Shown: positions 1 to 15,244 of the stretch, one piece after another
Layout of the letters: every line of letters starts with the position of its first letter
How positions within the stretch are numbered: the first letter of the stretch is position 1
NCBI GenBank assembly: GCA_030324005.1
Contig: JARDVH010000073.1
Coordinates: forward strand, 88,161,495 to 88,225,494
Direction of reading: 5' to 3'
Length of the DNA stretch: 64,000 nt
Source of the DNA: Negaprion brevirostris
Taxonomy: Eukaryota
The notes under the pieces: model-generated
What the model was told of the DNA's origin: nothing
What the model saw: the letters and a program-made list of their open reading frames with translations, nothing else
The model's database searches: none
Position numbers and translations under genes: made by a program

Positions 1-93
1 GTGCAGGTCAGTGGGACTAGGCAGAAAAATGGTTCGGCACAGCCAAGAAGGGCCAAAAGGCCTGTTTCTGTGCTATAGTGTTCTATGGTTCTA
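1..93 (+). mobile_element. CR1/HER1-type LINE 3' tail
   Basis: gggccaaaaggcctgtttctgtgct...gttctatggttcta is a typical CR1 3' terminus. Confidence 0.65.
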
Positions 94-1280
94 GTTGGAA
101 ATTCATAACCAATACATCAACCTAGAGGTAGGGAGACAGAAATCACTACCTTTGAGAGAATGAGAATGATTAGAGAAGTGGAAGGAAAGTATTTAAAAGA
201 CGTAATTACAATTGAGATGTTTATTATATAAATATTGACTTCATAATTACCATTCATTCATATCTAGCCACCTAATAATAAATCCCCAATTGCCATTCAC
301 AGAACTGTAATTAGAGGTTTCAGACTCAAAAGGGGCCAATGCCTAACCAGATAATGAAAAGTCAGATGGAGTTGTGCAGCTGAGTATGTTATGCAATGGC
401 AAGTATCAGATTTGCAACAGAATCTGTTATTTAATTTCCTTTATTATAACTATGGAGTCAGAAAGCGGCAAGAAGCTGACGATTAAACAATATGGTACAG
501 TTAATTTTTGTTCTATTAATATCCTCTCCTAGAACTTAACAAAATCCAAGCTTCAAAGGGCAGCATTCTAAACAGCACCTCACCTGGGAATGGACCATTG
601 ACTGCCAAAGAGCACTACCACTATGGAACACAAAATCCAAGCACATAAGCGATAGAATCACACTGATATTTCAGTTTGTGTTTTGAAATTACATGCTTTG
701 AATGAGTTCAATATGTCTTTTGTAGTCCTGAGACATATGAACCAACAAGTCCAGATTTGATCAGTGTTGTATGGTCTAGCTGATCTGAATTAGACTGACA
801 GCAGAGCACAACAACTGACTTTCACATCTCTGAGCTAGAAAAGGGGATAAAGAAAATTAGCTAGATCATGATCATGATCCACTGACTCCTGTTGAAAACT
901 GCACCCACGTGGACTTAGATCATGGTGCCCACTCTGGTCAGTAGCTCAATGCTCATTATTGAGGCTAATACATCAAGAATTGCCACAAAGACAACCCCGC
1001 ATTGATGAATCTATAGTAAGTACGAGCCTGCACCTTCAGAAGTGTTGCTGATATTTCACAGACGAGAGAAATTACCATTAAACAGAACTTGAACAGATCA
1101 ATTCTCAACACAGAAACTCAAGGCCTTGATCCTTGAAATATGCATTTACAATGCTATTTTGAAAAAAAGTCTGCAAGTTTTTCTCTTACATTTCTGTTTA
1201 TGATTATAACTTGCATGGTGCAATGACATTTTTCCAAAGTTTGCAAATACATGTTTTATTTGGATTCCTTGGTAATATTA

Positions 1281-1580
<300 letters not shown>

Positions 1581-2709
1581 TCACAATTACATAATGAAAA
1601 TAAATTCAACAATAAAAAGGAAAGCCTCGAGTAAAATATTGCAAGAAATTTGCAAAACTAAACCACATTCTACATTCTTAAAAAATCTTTTCTGTTATTT
1701 AATAGCTTGAAAAGAGTTTTATTTTCTTTATTCGTTCACAGCATGTCACTGGCAAGGTCAGTATTTGTTGCCCATCCGTAATTGTACTCATGGCTTACTA
1801 TACAACCATGAGTCAACAATGTTGCTGTGGTTCTGAAATCACATTTGGGCCTGACTGGGTAAGGATGGCAGATTTCCTTCCCTAAAAGACATTAGTGAAC
1901 CAGATGAATAATTGCAACAATTGGTATACCTTTGGGTCAGCAGAATTAGTATTTTGTGGACAGAGGTCCTATTTTTCTCTTTATTACAAAAATACAAGCA
2001 GCTTATGAAGCACTGTTGCAACTGTACAGAGTGTCAGATTTTCTGTTTTGTTTCAGAGATGTCCAACATGCAGTCCAGAGGTCAAATCCAGGCTGAAATC
2101 TTTTTTAATCTAATCTGTGGACCCTTTGCCAAATGCTTCTAACCTTTGCTTGATGAAAAAGAACTATCTTGCCCTCTACAGATATGAGGAAACTGTACAG
2201 GATGATTATTTGCGTAAATAGCACATTCTTCCTCATGTTGTTTTAGTAATCTTCACCCTTCCAGTACTTAGTCTCGTTATTCAAAAAGTTAAACCTGAAA
2301 TTCAGGCTTTGTGTAGGTTGTTTAACAAGGGAGTTGTGAGAGGCAACTCTTATTCCATTAAATCACAGATATACATTCTGGTAAATTATTGATTGAACAT
2401 TGCAGAGTCTGTGCTATGGTTAATGATTGAAAATACAGCCTGAATTCCAATTATTCAACTGAAAAAGATATATCTTCTAAACTTAAAAAAGGTAAAGAAA
2501 TTGAATAGAAGGGAGTTTCAAATTCAAGCACATCTTATCCCCAAGACGCTGTTGTGTGCCTTTTATTAAATGACTCATTTAGTTAAATCAGTTAGAGCCT
2601 AAGAATAGGCATTCATCTTCTTGCGTCTAGGTAACGTGTAACCCAGGAAAACTGAGGTGAAACAAGAGGGCAAAAATAGTGGAATCACTTCATCCCAAAA
2701 AACCATTCA

Positions 2710-3018
<309 letters not shown>

Positions 3019-4129
3019 TCAGATAGAATGCAATTTGATTTTAACAAAAACAGAGCTCAATACATGCCAGTAAAGGCTGGCAATTTTTGGTTTGCATACA
3101 ATAGTGACTAATGTATTTAGCATATTTATACTTATGGAAGTATGTACTTGAAAGTTAATTTAAAATGTGAAGAAACTGTAACAAAAAATTCCGCAACATA
3201 TTTAATGCTAGACATTTTTGATTTACTTAAATTTTCACCTCTGCAAAATATTGTTTAAAGTTAAACCAGTAAAACAAGGATGTAATATATTTTGTTTTTA
3301 AGTTTTTGCCAGATAACTGTTTTGGTTAATATTTAATCAATCCAGACCATATAAAATTGCTGCCATCCACTCCTTAATTTTTCAAAAATAGTACTAAAAC
3401 ATTCTGAAACATTTACCTTGCTATAAAAATCGAAGATCATTGATAGTGGGTCAAAATCCTGGAATTCATGGGAAGACATTATTTGAAAAATTGGACCCTT
3501 TTTAGAATGGAGGGAATTAAGAATGATTTGATAGAGGTGTTTAAAATTATGAAGTGATGAGACATAGTAAATAGTTTATTTTAAATGACCAAGATATCTA
3601 GAATGAGGGACCATGATTGATATAACAGTAAGTATAAAAGTAGGGCCGAGAGCAGAAGAAACCTTCTGCATTTGAGGATTATGAAGCTGTAGATTGCAAC
3701 ACTAAAGTTAGTAACTGAAGCAGTGGTCATGTCAACATTTAAGAATAGATTATACGGTTGATGAAAGATCATCAAAAGGATATGGGTACACCAAGTGTTT
3801 ATCAAATTAAAATGATTGCTCGTGATAGAGAAACTTCAACATGGTTATGTCAACAGCACCAGCCAACCTCTTTAACCTTCCTATCTGGAAGAAAAATGCT
3901 GCAGCCACATGGTAAAGTACCACTGTCAGATTCCCAGCAAGTCACACACCATCCAAACTAGGGAATAAATATATTGCCATTCCTTCATTGATGGTGGGTC
4001 AAAGTCCTGGAATTTATGGGAAATTATGGATCGGCAATAGATATTGACCTTGCCAGCAAGTCCGTGGTTTGAATGATCCATTTTCATGTTGTAGCTTCTG
4101 TGCAATAGAATGCTCATTTGCCTTTGAAT

Positions 4130-5400
4130 CATAGAATCATAAACAGCAAAAGAAGCCCTTTAGCCCATCAAGTCAGCACCGACACGAGAAACACCCAACT
4201 TTCTAACTAGTCCCATTTACCACCACTTGGCACATAGCGTTGAATGTTATGACATGCCAAGTGCTCATCCAGGTACTTTATAAAGGATGTGAAGCAACTC
4301 ACCTCTACCACCCTCACAGGCAGCACATTCCAGACCATCACCACCCCTTTGGTAAAAATATTTTTCCTCACATCCCTCTAAACCTCCTCACCTTGACTCT
4401 ATGTCCCCTTGTGACTGACTCTTCAACTAAAAGGAACAGCTGCTCCTTATCCACTTTGCCGTGCCATATTCTTGTACACTTCGATCAGGTTGCCCCTCGG
4501 TCTTCTCTGCTCCACAGAAAACAACTCAAGCCTATCCAACCTCTCTTCATAACTTAAATGTTCCATCCCAGGCAGCATCCTGGTGAATCTCCTCTGCACC
4601 TCCTCCAATGCAAACACATTCTTCGTATAATATGGTGATCAGAACTGCACACAGTACTCTAGCTGTGGCCTCACCTTTATCAACTCTGACATGACCTGCT
4701 TTTTCAATCCAAGCTTCAACTGACAAACCAAGTGTCCCATATGCCTTTTTCACCACCCTACTAACATGCCCTTCTGCCTTCAGACATCTAACAACAAACA
4801 TGCCAAGGTCCCTTTGTTCCACAGAACATCCTAGAGTCATGCTGTTCATTGAGTATTTCCCTGTCAAATTATTCCTTCCAAAGTGTATCATCTCACACTT
4901 CTCAGGGTTAAATGCCATCTGCCACTTATCTGCCCATCTGATCACCCCATCTATATCTCTGTTAACCACCCAACCAATCTTTTTGTCATCTGCAAATCTT
5001 CTAATCCTATCCCTCCCCCACCCCCCCATAGTCATCTACGTCACTTACATAAGGGACAAATAATAGCAGACACAGCAAAGATCCCTGTGGTACACCACTG
5101 GACACTGACTTGCAGTCACTAACACAACCTTCTGTCATCACACTCTGTCTCCCACAAATAAGCCAGTTTTGAATCCACTTTATCAAATTACCCCGTATCC
5201 ATGTGAATTTGCCTTCTTTGTGAGTCTCCCATGTGGGACCTTGTCAAAGCTTTGCTGAAATCCATATAAACTACACTACTCTCATTTACACACCTGGTCA
5301 CCTCCTCAAAAATTTCAATCAAATTTGTCAGGCATGACCTCCCTCTGTCAAAGCCATCCTGATTGTCAGCGGTCAGCCCTTGCCTCTCCAAATTGATATG
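4130..5400 (-). mobile_element. Decayed CR1 LINE (RT C-terminus and 3' tail)
   Basis: GRSCLTNLIEIFEEVT, YMDFSKA, FADD, WADKWQMAFNPEKCEMIHFG; (ATTCTATG)-type tail near 4130. Confidence 0.9.
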
Positions 5401-7394
5401 GATGCTTACTTTATTTCCTCTTTTTGCCGTCTCCAACATTCTTCACTTATTACTTCATATATGACAGTAGGTACTTTGTTATAATTTGTTCACTTGTGAA
5501 TTTCCTCAATTCAGAATACAAACTGTGCTCTGTGAAAAGATAACCCACTTCAAAAATGGGCAAAGCTAATAGAACCATTCAAAAAGCAGACTTGAAGAAC
5601 TCCAAATGCAGCACAGGTTAATTTAGTGTGAGCTCATCAAAGTGATAAATGTTGATAAATATCAAGCCAGCAAAGCTCATTTCCCACTAATTTGATTTAA
5701 TAAAAGGATGACCCAGGTTCAATGATTGGAATATTCTCCGGATTGGGAGAGGAAAATTGATCATTCAAACTGTCTTATTCCGGAACAGAGGCAGATTTAC
5801 ACTTCATGGGTGGCTGTGTTCAACTTCATTTTCAGAATCCCCACACTCCCAATCCTAGGATCTAAAGGCTGAAGCCCAACCCTCGTGTGCATTCTCTCTA
5901 AGCCCTCTCCCCCATCCCTTGGGCGCACTCTAAAAGGCTGAATGGATGCAAATATCAATGAATGGGGTTTGGCATATGTGTGCAAACATTCATGCATCAA
6001 GCCTTTTCTCCAGCCAATTCAAATTACTCCAGATCTTAAAGAACTATTAGTCAACTAAATAAACAGCTTTATAATACCTCCTTTTTTTTAAAACAGTATT
6101 TAAGGTTACAAATTATCTTGTCCAACAACCTGATCAATTTTCAGCGCTTAAAACCAAACTAAGGCAAATTCTGCATTTCCATTTGAGGAGTCAATATCTA
6201 AAACATTTGTATCTATTGCTGCAATATCTTCAATTGTGAAAATGAATACAAAACATATATATTTACATTTCAACCATATTGTACTCTTCAATCCGAACCA
6301 CTTTGATAGATCTTTCAAAGGATCTATATGGCTTTTTGACCACCAACAGAACTTATAAAGCTTTTTCAGTGGAATGTCATCTGATCAATTATTTCATTCC
6401 CCTACCCAATTTTTGCATTCAATTGTGGCTTTAGTTACCATCAGATGCATCTGATACTGAGGCATGCAATCCTGCCAATGTTTTGTACTTTGTTAAATAT
6501 TTTTGAGGCTACTTTCTGACTATTTATGTAAATTACATTAATTTTTCTTTTCTATAGCTTATTCCCATCAACTAGCACACCCCATCTCCATTTTTGAAAC
6601 CTTTCCATTCCTACAGCAGGTACAGCTAATTGTCTGCAGCAATAACTATGGCAATCAAATGAAATATGATGCTACAATAACTACTGATATGAATTGAGGG
6701 GGTGTTAGGACATGACATTCTCACTATAAACAGTGGCAGGAATAGAATCTAGCGTACATTTCATATCTGATTTTTTTTAAAAACAGAGAAGTATGGGAAA
6801 TCTAACAATATGGATGGTTCTTTCTGAAAATTGTGCAGTTACCATGATGGGCCAAGTAGCTTCCTTTTGTGCTGTGAATTTATATAGTTTTCGAATGGAA
6901 ATTGGATATCATCTTTGAAGTACTGCTATTGATTAAATCCATTACTTCCCAACATATTGCGCAAGGAAGAAATTCATGCCTGCATCCTGATCTATTTTTT
7001 CCCTCCCATATTATCCACTGAATAAGGTAACACACCCTAATTTCTAACCAATTATCACCGTTGTTAATGTTAGGTATTGTAGTTATGTTTCAAATAGGAT
7101 AAATGAAGTAACTGACGAAAACATCTGGGGTCTATATTCTTGGAGAATTTGGCTTTACCTGACCCAATTCTTGACCCTTATAAAATATTTATTAGGTTGG
7201 GAAGCCTAAAGAGATCGCAGTCCTGGTGCTGAGATTCTATAATACAGACCATTGCCTTGAATTGCTCCAGCTTGCAATAACTCAAAGGAAGAAAGGACAA
7301 TAATTGAAAAGCAGAATACATTATTCTTTCTGAGGGAATGCAGCTAGAAGTAGATTGACGTTGCCTCAGTGCTAGGGTGAGTGATTTACCTTCT

Positions 7395-7880
7395 TTTATA
7401 TTCATTTTATGAGACGTGGACATTGCTGGCTAGGCCAGCTTTTATTGCCCATCCTTAATTGCTCTTCAGAAGGTGGTGGTAAGCTGCCTTACTGAATTGG
7501 TGCAGTCCCTGAGATGTAAGTATACCCATAGTGCTGGTGGGGAGGGAATTGCAGAATTTTGGTCCAGCGACAGTGAAGGAACGGCGATATATTTCCAAAT
7601 CAGGATGGTAAGTGATTTGGAAGGGAACTTTCAGGTGGTGTTCCCAGGTAGCTGCTGCTCTTGCCCTCTTAATGGTAGTGGCTATGGGTTTGGAAGATTC
7701 TGCCTAAGGAATCTTGCAGTGCACCTTGTAGGTGGTGCACACAGTTGCTAATGTTCGTCGGTGGCAGAGGGGATCGAATGTTTGTGGAAGAGGTAGAAAT
7801 CAAGTGGCTGAATTGTCCTGAAAGGTGTCAAGAGAGAATTCCATTACACACCTGACTTGTGCCTTTGCAGATGGTGGACA
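7395..7880 (-). mobile_element. LINE 3' end with the shared tail GGATGGGCAATAAA...GCTGGCCTAGCCAGC (CR1/L2 superfamily)
   Basis: The same tail recurs near 1750, 13990, 17940, 32110, 37340 and 44810. Confidence 0.6.
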
Positions 7881-9259
7881 GGCTTTTTGGGCAGAATGTG
7901 CTTTGCTCTGTCAATGAGCTGGTGGCAGATTTCTGTATGAAACATTGTACTATGATAGTGGCTACCTCTTGGACACCTACAGTAGCCAACTGCATCCATC
8001 ATAGTGCTAAGTGGAAACTCTCTGGATGGAGACTGCTGTCAGGATAGGCTTACAAATGGATACAAATGGGCGTCTCCTATACATACACTCTCACTACTAC
8101 AAAATCAACATTTTCATACCTGGGATTGGGGCTGAGGGAGAGGAATGGGGGTGAAATAGTAAAGGAGAGGTGATGGAGGGTGAAGGAGGGAGATGGATAG
8201 TGAAGGAGGGAGATGGATGGTGTAGGGGGGTGGAGGGACGGTGAAAGAGTGGTTTGACATAATGAAGGAGGGTAGTTGATGTTGGAGGGAGAGTGAAGGG
8301 GGTGGGGTGTGGGCAGGGAGTAGGCTAGAGGAGTTAAATGACTGTGATCCATTTTCCTGCTGACCAGGACTGGGATTTACAATCTTCAATTCCAGCCCCA
8401 TCCACACTCTTATGCTTTCTCAGCTTGGAACTCCCGAGTTCTAGGCCCTAACAACTGCTGCAAGCGTACCAATGACAACTCCCATAAGGGACCGTTGTCT
8501 GGGTCTTCCTTGACAGTGTGTGAATCCATAAGGCTGGTGTCCTTCTGACTAGTGACTGTGTCAGGAACAAGCTGCCTCTGTGATTGGCTCAGTAGGGTGA
8601 TTGACATGTAAATTCTGGAAGGGATTTCAAAGCAGTTCTGTCCCTGATTGGCCACACCTTTTTGGGACCCCATGTTGTTTGGGGCCCTGTGCCAGGGCAT
8701 GGCGTGTTTCATTGTAAATCACTCCTGGGCACAATGCATCTGATCATTGTTGGAGTTATTCTCCAGAGCTGCTTGGTGCTGTGGCCAACATTATTTCCTT
8801 TGCATTGTTGTTTTCCATGTGAGAGCCACTAGTAATGAGAAATTAGCAATATTCTGGAACTTTCATAAGTGGTGCAGAGTCATTGAGACAAGATGTTTTC
8901 TGTAAATGGAATATCTCCAGATAATTTATTACTGCCAGTGGTTAACTACACACTTGGCCGTTGAGAGCATACCAGTAAAAGGACAGACCATACATTTCCA
9001 TCTGAAACATATTATAGTTAATTGTTCTGGGATGTCCCTGAATATATAACATTAGCCTCAGCGAAATTTGTTGTATTCCCTTGTTGCATGTTTAAATCAG
9101 GTTCTGGCAGTGTTACGTTTTCAAATGCTGTGCAGTGCAACTAGTCAAAACAAACTCCCTCAGATTCTGCTCACCTAGATAATGGCCCAAAAGCAAGCCT
9201 CATTCTGTTTGTTTGCCTTTTGCTCTTACAAAAAAAACTGTGATGCCAATTGTTAGAAG

Positions 9260-9568
9260 GGGGCAGCACAGTGGCACAGTGGTTAGCACTGCTGCCTTGT
9301 AGCGTAGGGCCGTGGGTTTAATTCTGGCTCTGGGTGACTGCGGAGTTTACATGTTCTCCCCATGTCTGCGTGGGTTTCCTTCAGGTGCTCTGGGTTCCTC
9401 ACAGAATCCAAAGATTTGCAGGTCATGAGCATTGGGCATGCTAAATTGCCTCTTGGTGTCAGAGGCATTAGCAAGGTAAATATGTGGGGTCACAGGGTTA
9501 GGGCCTGGGTGGGATTGTTGCTCGTGCAGACTCAAATGGCCACTTTCTGCACTGTAAGGATTCTATGA
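9260..9568 (+). mobile_element. tRNA-derived SINE, HE1-like
   Basis: Head gcacagtggttagcactgctgcc (A box) with a B-box-like sequence, central gggtttcc..ggtgctc..gtttcctc core, and a CR1-like ATTCTATG tail. Confidence 0.85.
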
Positions 9569-9858
9569 AGTGTGAGTTGATGGAGGACAAAGGGGAATCT
9601 GAAGCCTGGAGGAACGCCAGGATAAATATCCTTAATCAAGAGATTTAAAGATAAAAGAAATGATGGAAAAGAAAATTGGGTGAATTGGAGTCATGAGGAA
9701 AGAAGGTTTGGATTATGGAAGAAAAAGAGACAAAATGAAAAGCAAAAAAAATTGTAAAGAGAGCAAAAATTTAAATTGAAGCTATTTCAAAGAACTATTT
9801 GCCACCTTCAGGAGAGAATCATTACAGAAAGGTTAAGTGGCAAGAACAGAAATATTAG

Positions 9859-10284
9859 AGGCGATTCTCCCAGAAGTGCTGAATTGGCAGGAAAACTGTT
9901 CTAAATCTCGACTGTTTCATCAGTTTAGTTTTTCACCTGAATCTCCGCACTCTGTGCACTCTAGAGGTCCCAGTCGTGAACATCATTAAAAATCCTAGAG
10001 GGACGGGGCCTATTCACGCCGGAGTTCTACAGTTCTGGAACTCTGCACATGCGCAGTGGCCCTGATCTGTCAGACTCCCAGTTTGTCAGCCAGCCCGGGA
10101 CCCCTGCAGTGCTGCCCTTCCAGCTCCCTCCCCACGGCCTGATTGCAGCTCCCACAATTCCCAGGCCAGCCCCAAACCCTCCCTGATCTGGAGTGCCTTG
10201 ATGCACACCCCACTCCTCTCCCAGCAGTGGCAAACCCCTGCCCCCCTCACTCTGGCAGACCCCCCCCCCCACCCCCTCGCCGGG
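9859..10284 (-). mobile_element. GC-rich non-autonomous element, partial; same family as 42613-43333
   Basis: The terminus GGCGATTCTCCC and the following sequence resemble the reverse complement of 43140-43333. Confidence 0.6.
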
Positions 10285-11374
10285 NNNNNNNNNNNNNNNN
10301 NNNNNNNNNNNNNNNNNNNNNNNNNNNNNNNNNNNNNNNNNNNNNNNNNNNNNNNNNNNNNNNNNNNNNNNNNNNNNNNNNNNNATTAAGGGTTATGGGG
10401 AGCAGGCGGGTAAGTGGAACTGAACCACTTTCAGATCAGCCATGATCTTATTGAATGGTGGAGCAGGCTCGAAGGGCTAGATGGCCTACTCCAGCTCCTA
10501 TTTCTTATGTTCTATGTTAAAAGGTCTGTACTAACTCCGCCAAATCCAAACCCTGCATGCAATTCCGGGATTGTTGGTATAAAGTCAGGTAACTATGCAA
10601 CTTTGTGATTCGGCCAGAGTTGGTTATTTATAGTAATAAACTTTTGTTGGAAATCTTGAAAGCGAATAGTCTGTGATAAACTCAGGTTCTCCCAAATTCT
10701 TAATACTTTATGGCTATTGATAAAGTTATCAAAAGGCAATGTACAAATTTGGCACCTCATAAAAAAGCACAATCAAGAACAGCATCAAAGAGAAAACAGA
10801 AGAGCAAATGTGCAGGCAAATTATAGAAAGGTGCAAGAACACAGCAGTGAAAATAGGCATCTTCAGTAATCCTAATAATTGTCTGGGAGAGCAACAGTGT
10901 ACTGGGCGAAAAGTGTGGAGGAGGAATTTCCAGAAAGATGAATTCTCTTGAACTTTCATTTCTGTTTCTAGGCCAATGAAGAAGCAATGCTGGACATAGA
11001 TCTGAGAATGAAATAGGACAAGTGGAACATGTTTCAGCGGGAGAGCTGTTGAGGTACAGTGATCATAATATCATGGAAAACAGTGAGGAGTGATCAAGCA
11101 TAAAACTGCCCAACTGGAGGAGACCTAATTTCAACGACTTGAAATGGGATCTTGACCAAGTAGATTGTAATCAAGAATTGGTAAGCAGAACAGTAATTGA
11201 ATACTGGAATGTTTTCAAACAGGGATAGGTCAGGTACAAGAAGAAACATTCCCTGCTGTCACACTGAACCAAGCCTGTCACTTCAGCTTTCACTTGTTTT
11301 GTACTCACCCCTCACCCAGAAACACTTGTTTTCTCCCCCTTATTTTCCTTCCATTCTCCTAGGTTTCTTCTGAA

Positions 11375-11797
11375 TACATGGCTCTTCAAGAATTTTTAAA
11401 CTGCATCCAGGGGAGCTTTTTAAGCCAGCACGTAAGAAGTCCTACAAAAGAGGGGGCAGTACTTGATCTACCTTTAGGGAATGAAGCTGGGGAGGTTATA
11501 AAGGTGTCAGTTGGGGAGCATTTCAGTGATAGCAACATTAACTTGGTAAGATTTAAGGTAATTGCGGAAAAGGACAAAGATGGTCTACAAATAAGGTTTC
11601 TGACTTGAGGGAAGGCCGATTTTAATAGGATAAGATAGGATCTGGCCAAAGTGGGCTAGAAGCAGTTACTTGTGGGAAGATCCACGTCAGAGTAGTGGGA
11701 GTCATTCAAAAAGAAAGAGAGAGGGTACAAAGCCAACATTTTTCCATAAAGCTATAGGGCGGGACCAACAAGTCCAGAGAACCCTGGATGTCAAGAG
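11375..11797 (+). mobile_element. CR1 LINE endonuclease-region fragment, resuming at about 13355-13680
   Basis: FLNCIQGSFLSQHVRSPTKEGAVLDL...VGEHFSDS. Colinear with the copy at 62870-63660. Confidence 0.85.
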
Positions 11798-11844
11798 ACG
11801 TGGTGTGGAGATGCCGATGTTGGGCTGGGGTAAACACTGTAAGA

Positions 11845-12176
11845 AGTCTCGCAACACCAGGTTAAAGTCCAACAGGTTTATCTGTTAGCAAACACCATTA
11901 GCTTTCAGAGCGCTGTTCCTTCGTCAGAGCATATAAAGACACAAATGATTGGAATAATGATTGGAATGCGAGTTTTTACAGCTAATCAAGTATCTTTAAG
12001 ACTCCATTAGATGTAAAGACTCACATTCCAATCATTATTCTGTAAACTGAGTTTGTGACTTTATATGCCCTGTTTGTGAACAGAACTCCCACTCACTCGA
12101 AGGAGCAGCGCTCCAAAAGCTAGTGGCGCTTGCTACCAGAGGAACCTGTTGGACTTTAACCTGGTGTTGTGAGACT
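11845..12176. repeat. Foldback (long inverted repeat) element, Penelope-like
   Basis: agtctcgcaacaccaggttaaagtccaacagg pairs with cctgttggactttaacctggtgttgtgagact. The inner arms are also complementary. Confidence 0.75.
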
Positions 12177-13354
12177 NNNNNNNNNNNNNNNNNNNNNNNN
12201 NNNNNNNNNNNNNNNNNNNNNNNNNNNNNNNNNNNNNNNNNNNNNNNNNNNNNNNNNNNNNNNNNNNNNNNNNNNNNNNNNNNNNNNNNNNNNNNNNNNN
12301 NNNNNNNNNNNNNNNNNNNNNNNNNNNNNNNNNNNNNNNNNNNNNNNNNNNNNNNNNNNNNNNNNNNNNNNNNNNNNNNNNNNNNNNNNNNNNNNNNNNN
12401 NNNNNNNNNNNNNNNNNNNNNNNNNNNNNNNNNNNNNNNNNNNNNNNNNNNNNNNNNNNNNNNNNNNNNNNNNNNNNNNNNNNNNNNNNNNNNNNNNNNN
12501 NNNNNNNNNNNNNNNNNNNNNNNNNNNNNNNNNNNNNNNNNNNNNNNNNNNNNNNNNNNNNNNNNNNNNNNNNNNNNNNNNNNNNNNNNNNNNNNNNNNN
12601 NNNNNNNNNNNNNNNNNNNNNNNNNNNNNNNNNNNNNNNNNNNNNNNNNNNNNNNNNNNNNNNNNNNNNNNNNNNNNNNNNNNNNNNNNNNNNNNNNNNN
12701 NNNNNNNNNNNNNNNNNNNNNNNNNNNNNNNNNNNNNNNNNNNNNNNNNNNNNNNNNNNNNNNNNNNNNNNNNNNNNNNNNNNNNNNNNNNNNNNNNNNN
12801 NNNNNNNNNNNNNNNNNNNNNNNNNNNNNNNNNNNNNNNNNNNNNNNNNNNNNNNNNNNNNNNNNNNNNNNNNNNNNNNNNNNNNNNNNNNNNNNNNNNN
12901 NNNNNNNNNNNNNNNNGGCACCGGTTGGCACTCGGTGTGCCCATGCTCAGGGTGCACGACCCCCCCCCCCCCCACCACCTGACCCCTGGGGAGGGGGGGA
13001 ACTCGATTGACCCCCTTCATTCCAGCAAGGTCTCCCGCTAATTCCCTGAATGTGGGGAACTACTCTAAACCCCTCTGGAATGAAGTACTCCTGGCGGGGT
13101 GGGAAATCCAATCAGGCCCGGCAAGTTCCCGATGATCACGTGCAAAACATATTTAAATTACATTAAAAAAAAGATTCAAATCACTTACCTGTCTTCCCAC
13201 CAGTTTCCAGCGTGGTCTGGACTGCAACTGTTCTCCAGCTCTGGGAGATGCACATGCATTCCCAGCGCATGCGCAAATCCCAGAAAAGGACTGACGACGC
13301 GATTCTCCCGACCGGACCCGCCAGAAAATTTGTGGGCCGCGATGGGAGAATCAG

Positions 13355-13680
13355 GTCCTAGGAGGGCGAAGAGGGGTCATGAAAAAACACTGAGGGGCAA
13401 AATAAAGGAAAATCCAAGGTGTTTTATAAGAATATTACGGGCAAAGGGGTAACCAGGAAAAGAGTAGGGTCCATTAGGGATCAAAGTGACAACTTCTGTG
13501 TGGAGCCAAAAGATGTAAGGGGGGCGGTATTAAATAAATATTTTGCATGTGTTTTCGATGGAGAAGAATAATGTGGGTATAGAAAGCAGGAAGGAGATAT
13601 GTGATATAATTGAACAGATTATCATTGAGAAAGGTGTTAGCAATTTAGTGAGCTTAAGAGTGGATAAATCCCCAGATACA
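13355..13680 (+). mobile_element. CR1 LINE fragment, continuation of 11375-11797
   Basis: RRAKRGHEKTL..KIKENPRCF and LRVDKSP; matches 63370-63660. Confidence 0.8.
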
Positions 13681-14091
13681 TTCAAAATACATTCTATTGT
13701 ATCATAGAACTTCAGGTTGCAGCTTTGTGCCTTAAGTTTTCATGACAGAAAATCACTATACGAGTGCAAGCATTAATATTTTTGCTGAAGACTTACGTAT
13801 TTCTCTGAAAGGTTCACTTAAAAAAAAAAGCTGGTAATCAAGTAAGCTACATCAATTTTGCACTTTTAATCAAGGATATGCACGCAGATGCAAATACGAG
13901 ATGGTGCTTTGACAAGATTAAACAAAATGAAAAATCCATTTCCTCAACCACATTACATTTTGTTTTAATTCTTTCACAGGACATGGACATTGCTGGTTTG
14001 GCCAGCATTTTCATTGCCCATCCATAACTGCCCTCAAGAAGGTAGTGGTGACTCACTGCAGTCCATGTGGTGTACACCCACAGCACTGTTA

Positions 14092-14385
<294 letters not shown>

Positions 14386-14819
14386 CTAACAAAAACCTCA
14401 GCAAAGCAATTTCTTCATACTTATTGACATAGGATGCTATCGTGGCAGTGGAGGAATCTTACAGAATAAATGGGAAGGAATGTAACTGATACGCATTACA
14501 TTTTTGAATGAATGTTTCAATAGATACTACTTTCTGTAACTTGTACACAGTGGTCTGCCTGCATTTTGAATATAAGATGGATTTTTGTTAGTCTATTCAA
14601 ATCATAAAACTGGGGATTCATGTTAAATTCTGCAAACACTAAACATGTTGCAAAGTAGTAATCAACTCAGTTGACAGAATATTGAATGACATAGTCAAAT
14701 CAGTAAAGCAGAAATTATAATCAACTGTACACTAATGACCCTCTAAATTTTGTTTTTGTCTTGCACAGCACCATTAATTTTTCTTTAAATACACACGCAC
14801 AGTGGCTTAATGGGACAAA

Positions 14820-15139
14820 TCAGTGCCACAGTGGTTAGCACTGCACCCTCTCAATGCCAGAATCCCAGGTTCGATTCCAGTCTTGGGTGACTGTTCGAGT
14901 GGAATTTGCACATTCTCCATGGGTTTTCTCTGGGTGCTCCAGTTTCCTCCCACAGTTCAAAGATATGCAGGTCAGGAAGATGGAGCATGCTAAATTGCCT
15001 CTTAGTGTCTTGAGATGTGTAGGGGTGGGGGTTAATGGGGTACATGTGTGGGCCTGGGTAAGATGTTCTGTCGCAGAGTTGGTGCAGATTCAATGGGCTA
15101 AATGGCTCCTTCTGCACAGTTGGGACTCTATGATTCTAT
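14820..15139 (+). mobile_element. tRNA-derived SINE, HE1-like
   Basis: cacagtggttagcactgc...ggttcgattcc head and ctctatgattcta tail. Confidence 0.85.
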
Positions 15140-15244
15140 AACTCACGAGCGGCCTGCAGGGTACTTTTAAAGTTGCTGCACAGTCATTCACACATGCACT
15201 TGGAAGGGGACAATACCTGCACTGGTGAGACCAAATCTATCTCA

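Noticed and set aside
8110-8340. Purine-rich tracts giving Pro/Ser/Leu-rich ORFs, also at 17420-17620 and 22785-23213
   Set aside because: Low-complexity sequence with no splice or homology support.
8410-9200. Possible Gypsy integrase relic (DNGP word on the minus strand)
   Set aside because: There are too few colinear motifs to call it without a profile search.
9260-9340. tRNA-like sequences with A and B boxes here and at other SINE heads
   Set aside because: They continue into SINE bodies and tails and do not form complete cloverleafs.
12035-13041. Long ORFs in the track, also at 16.6-17.0, 20.2-21.0, 21.5-22.0, 24.0-24.5 and 37.7-38.6 kb
   Set aside because: They are read-through across N gaps.
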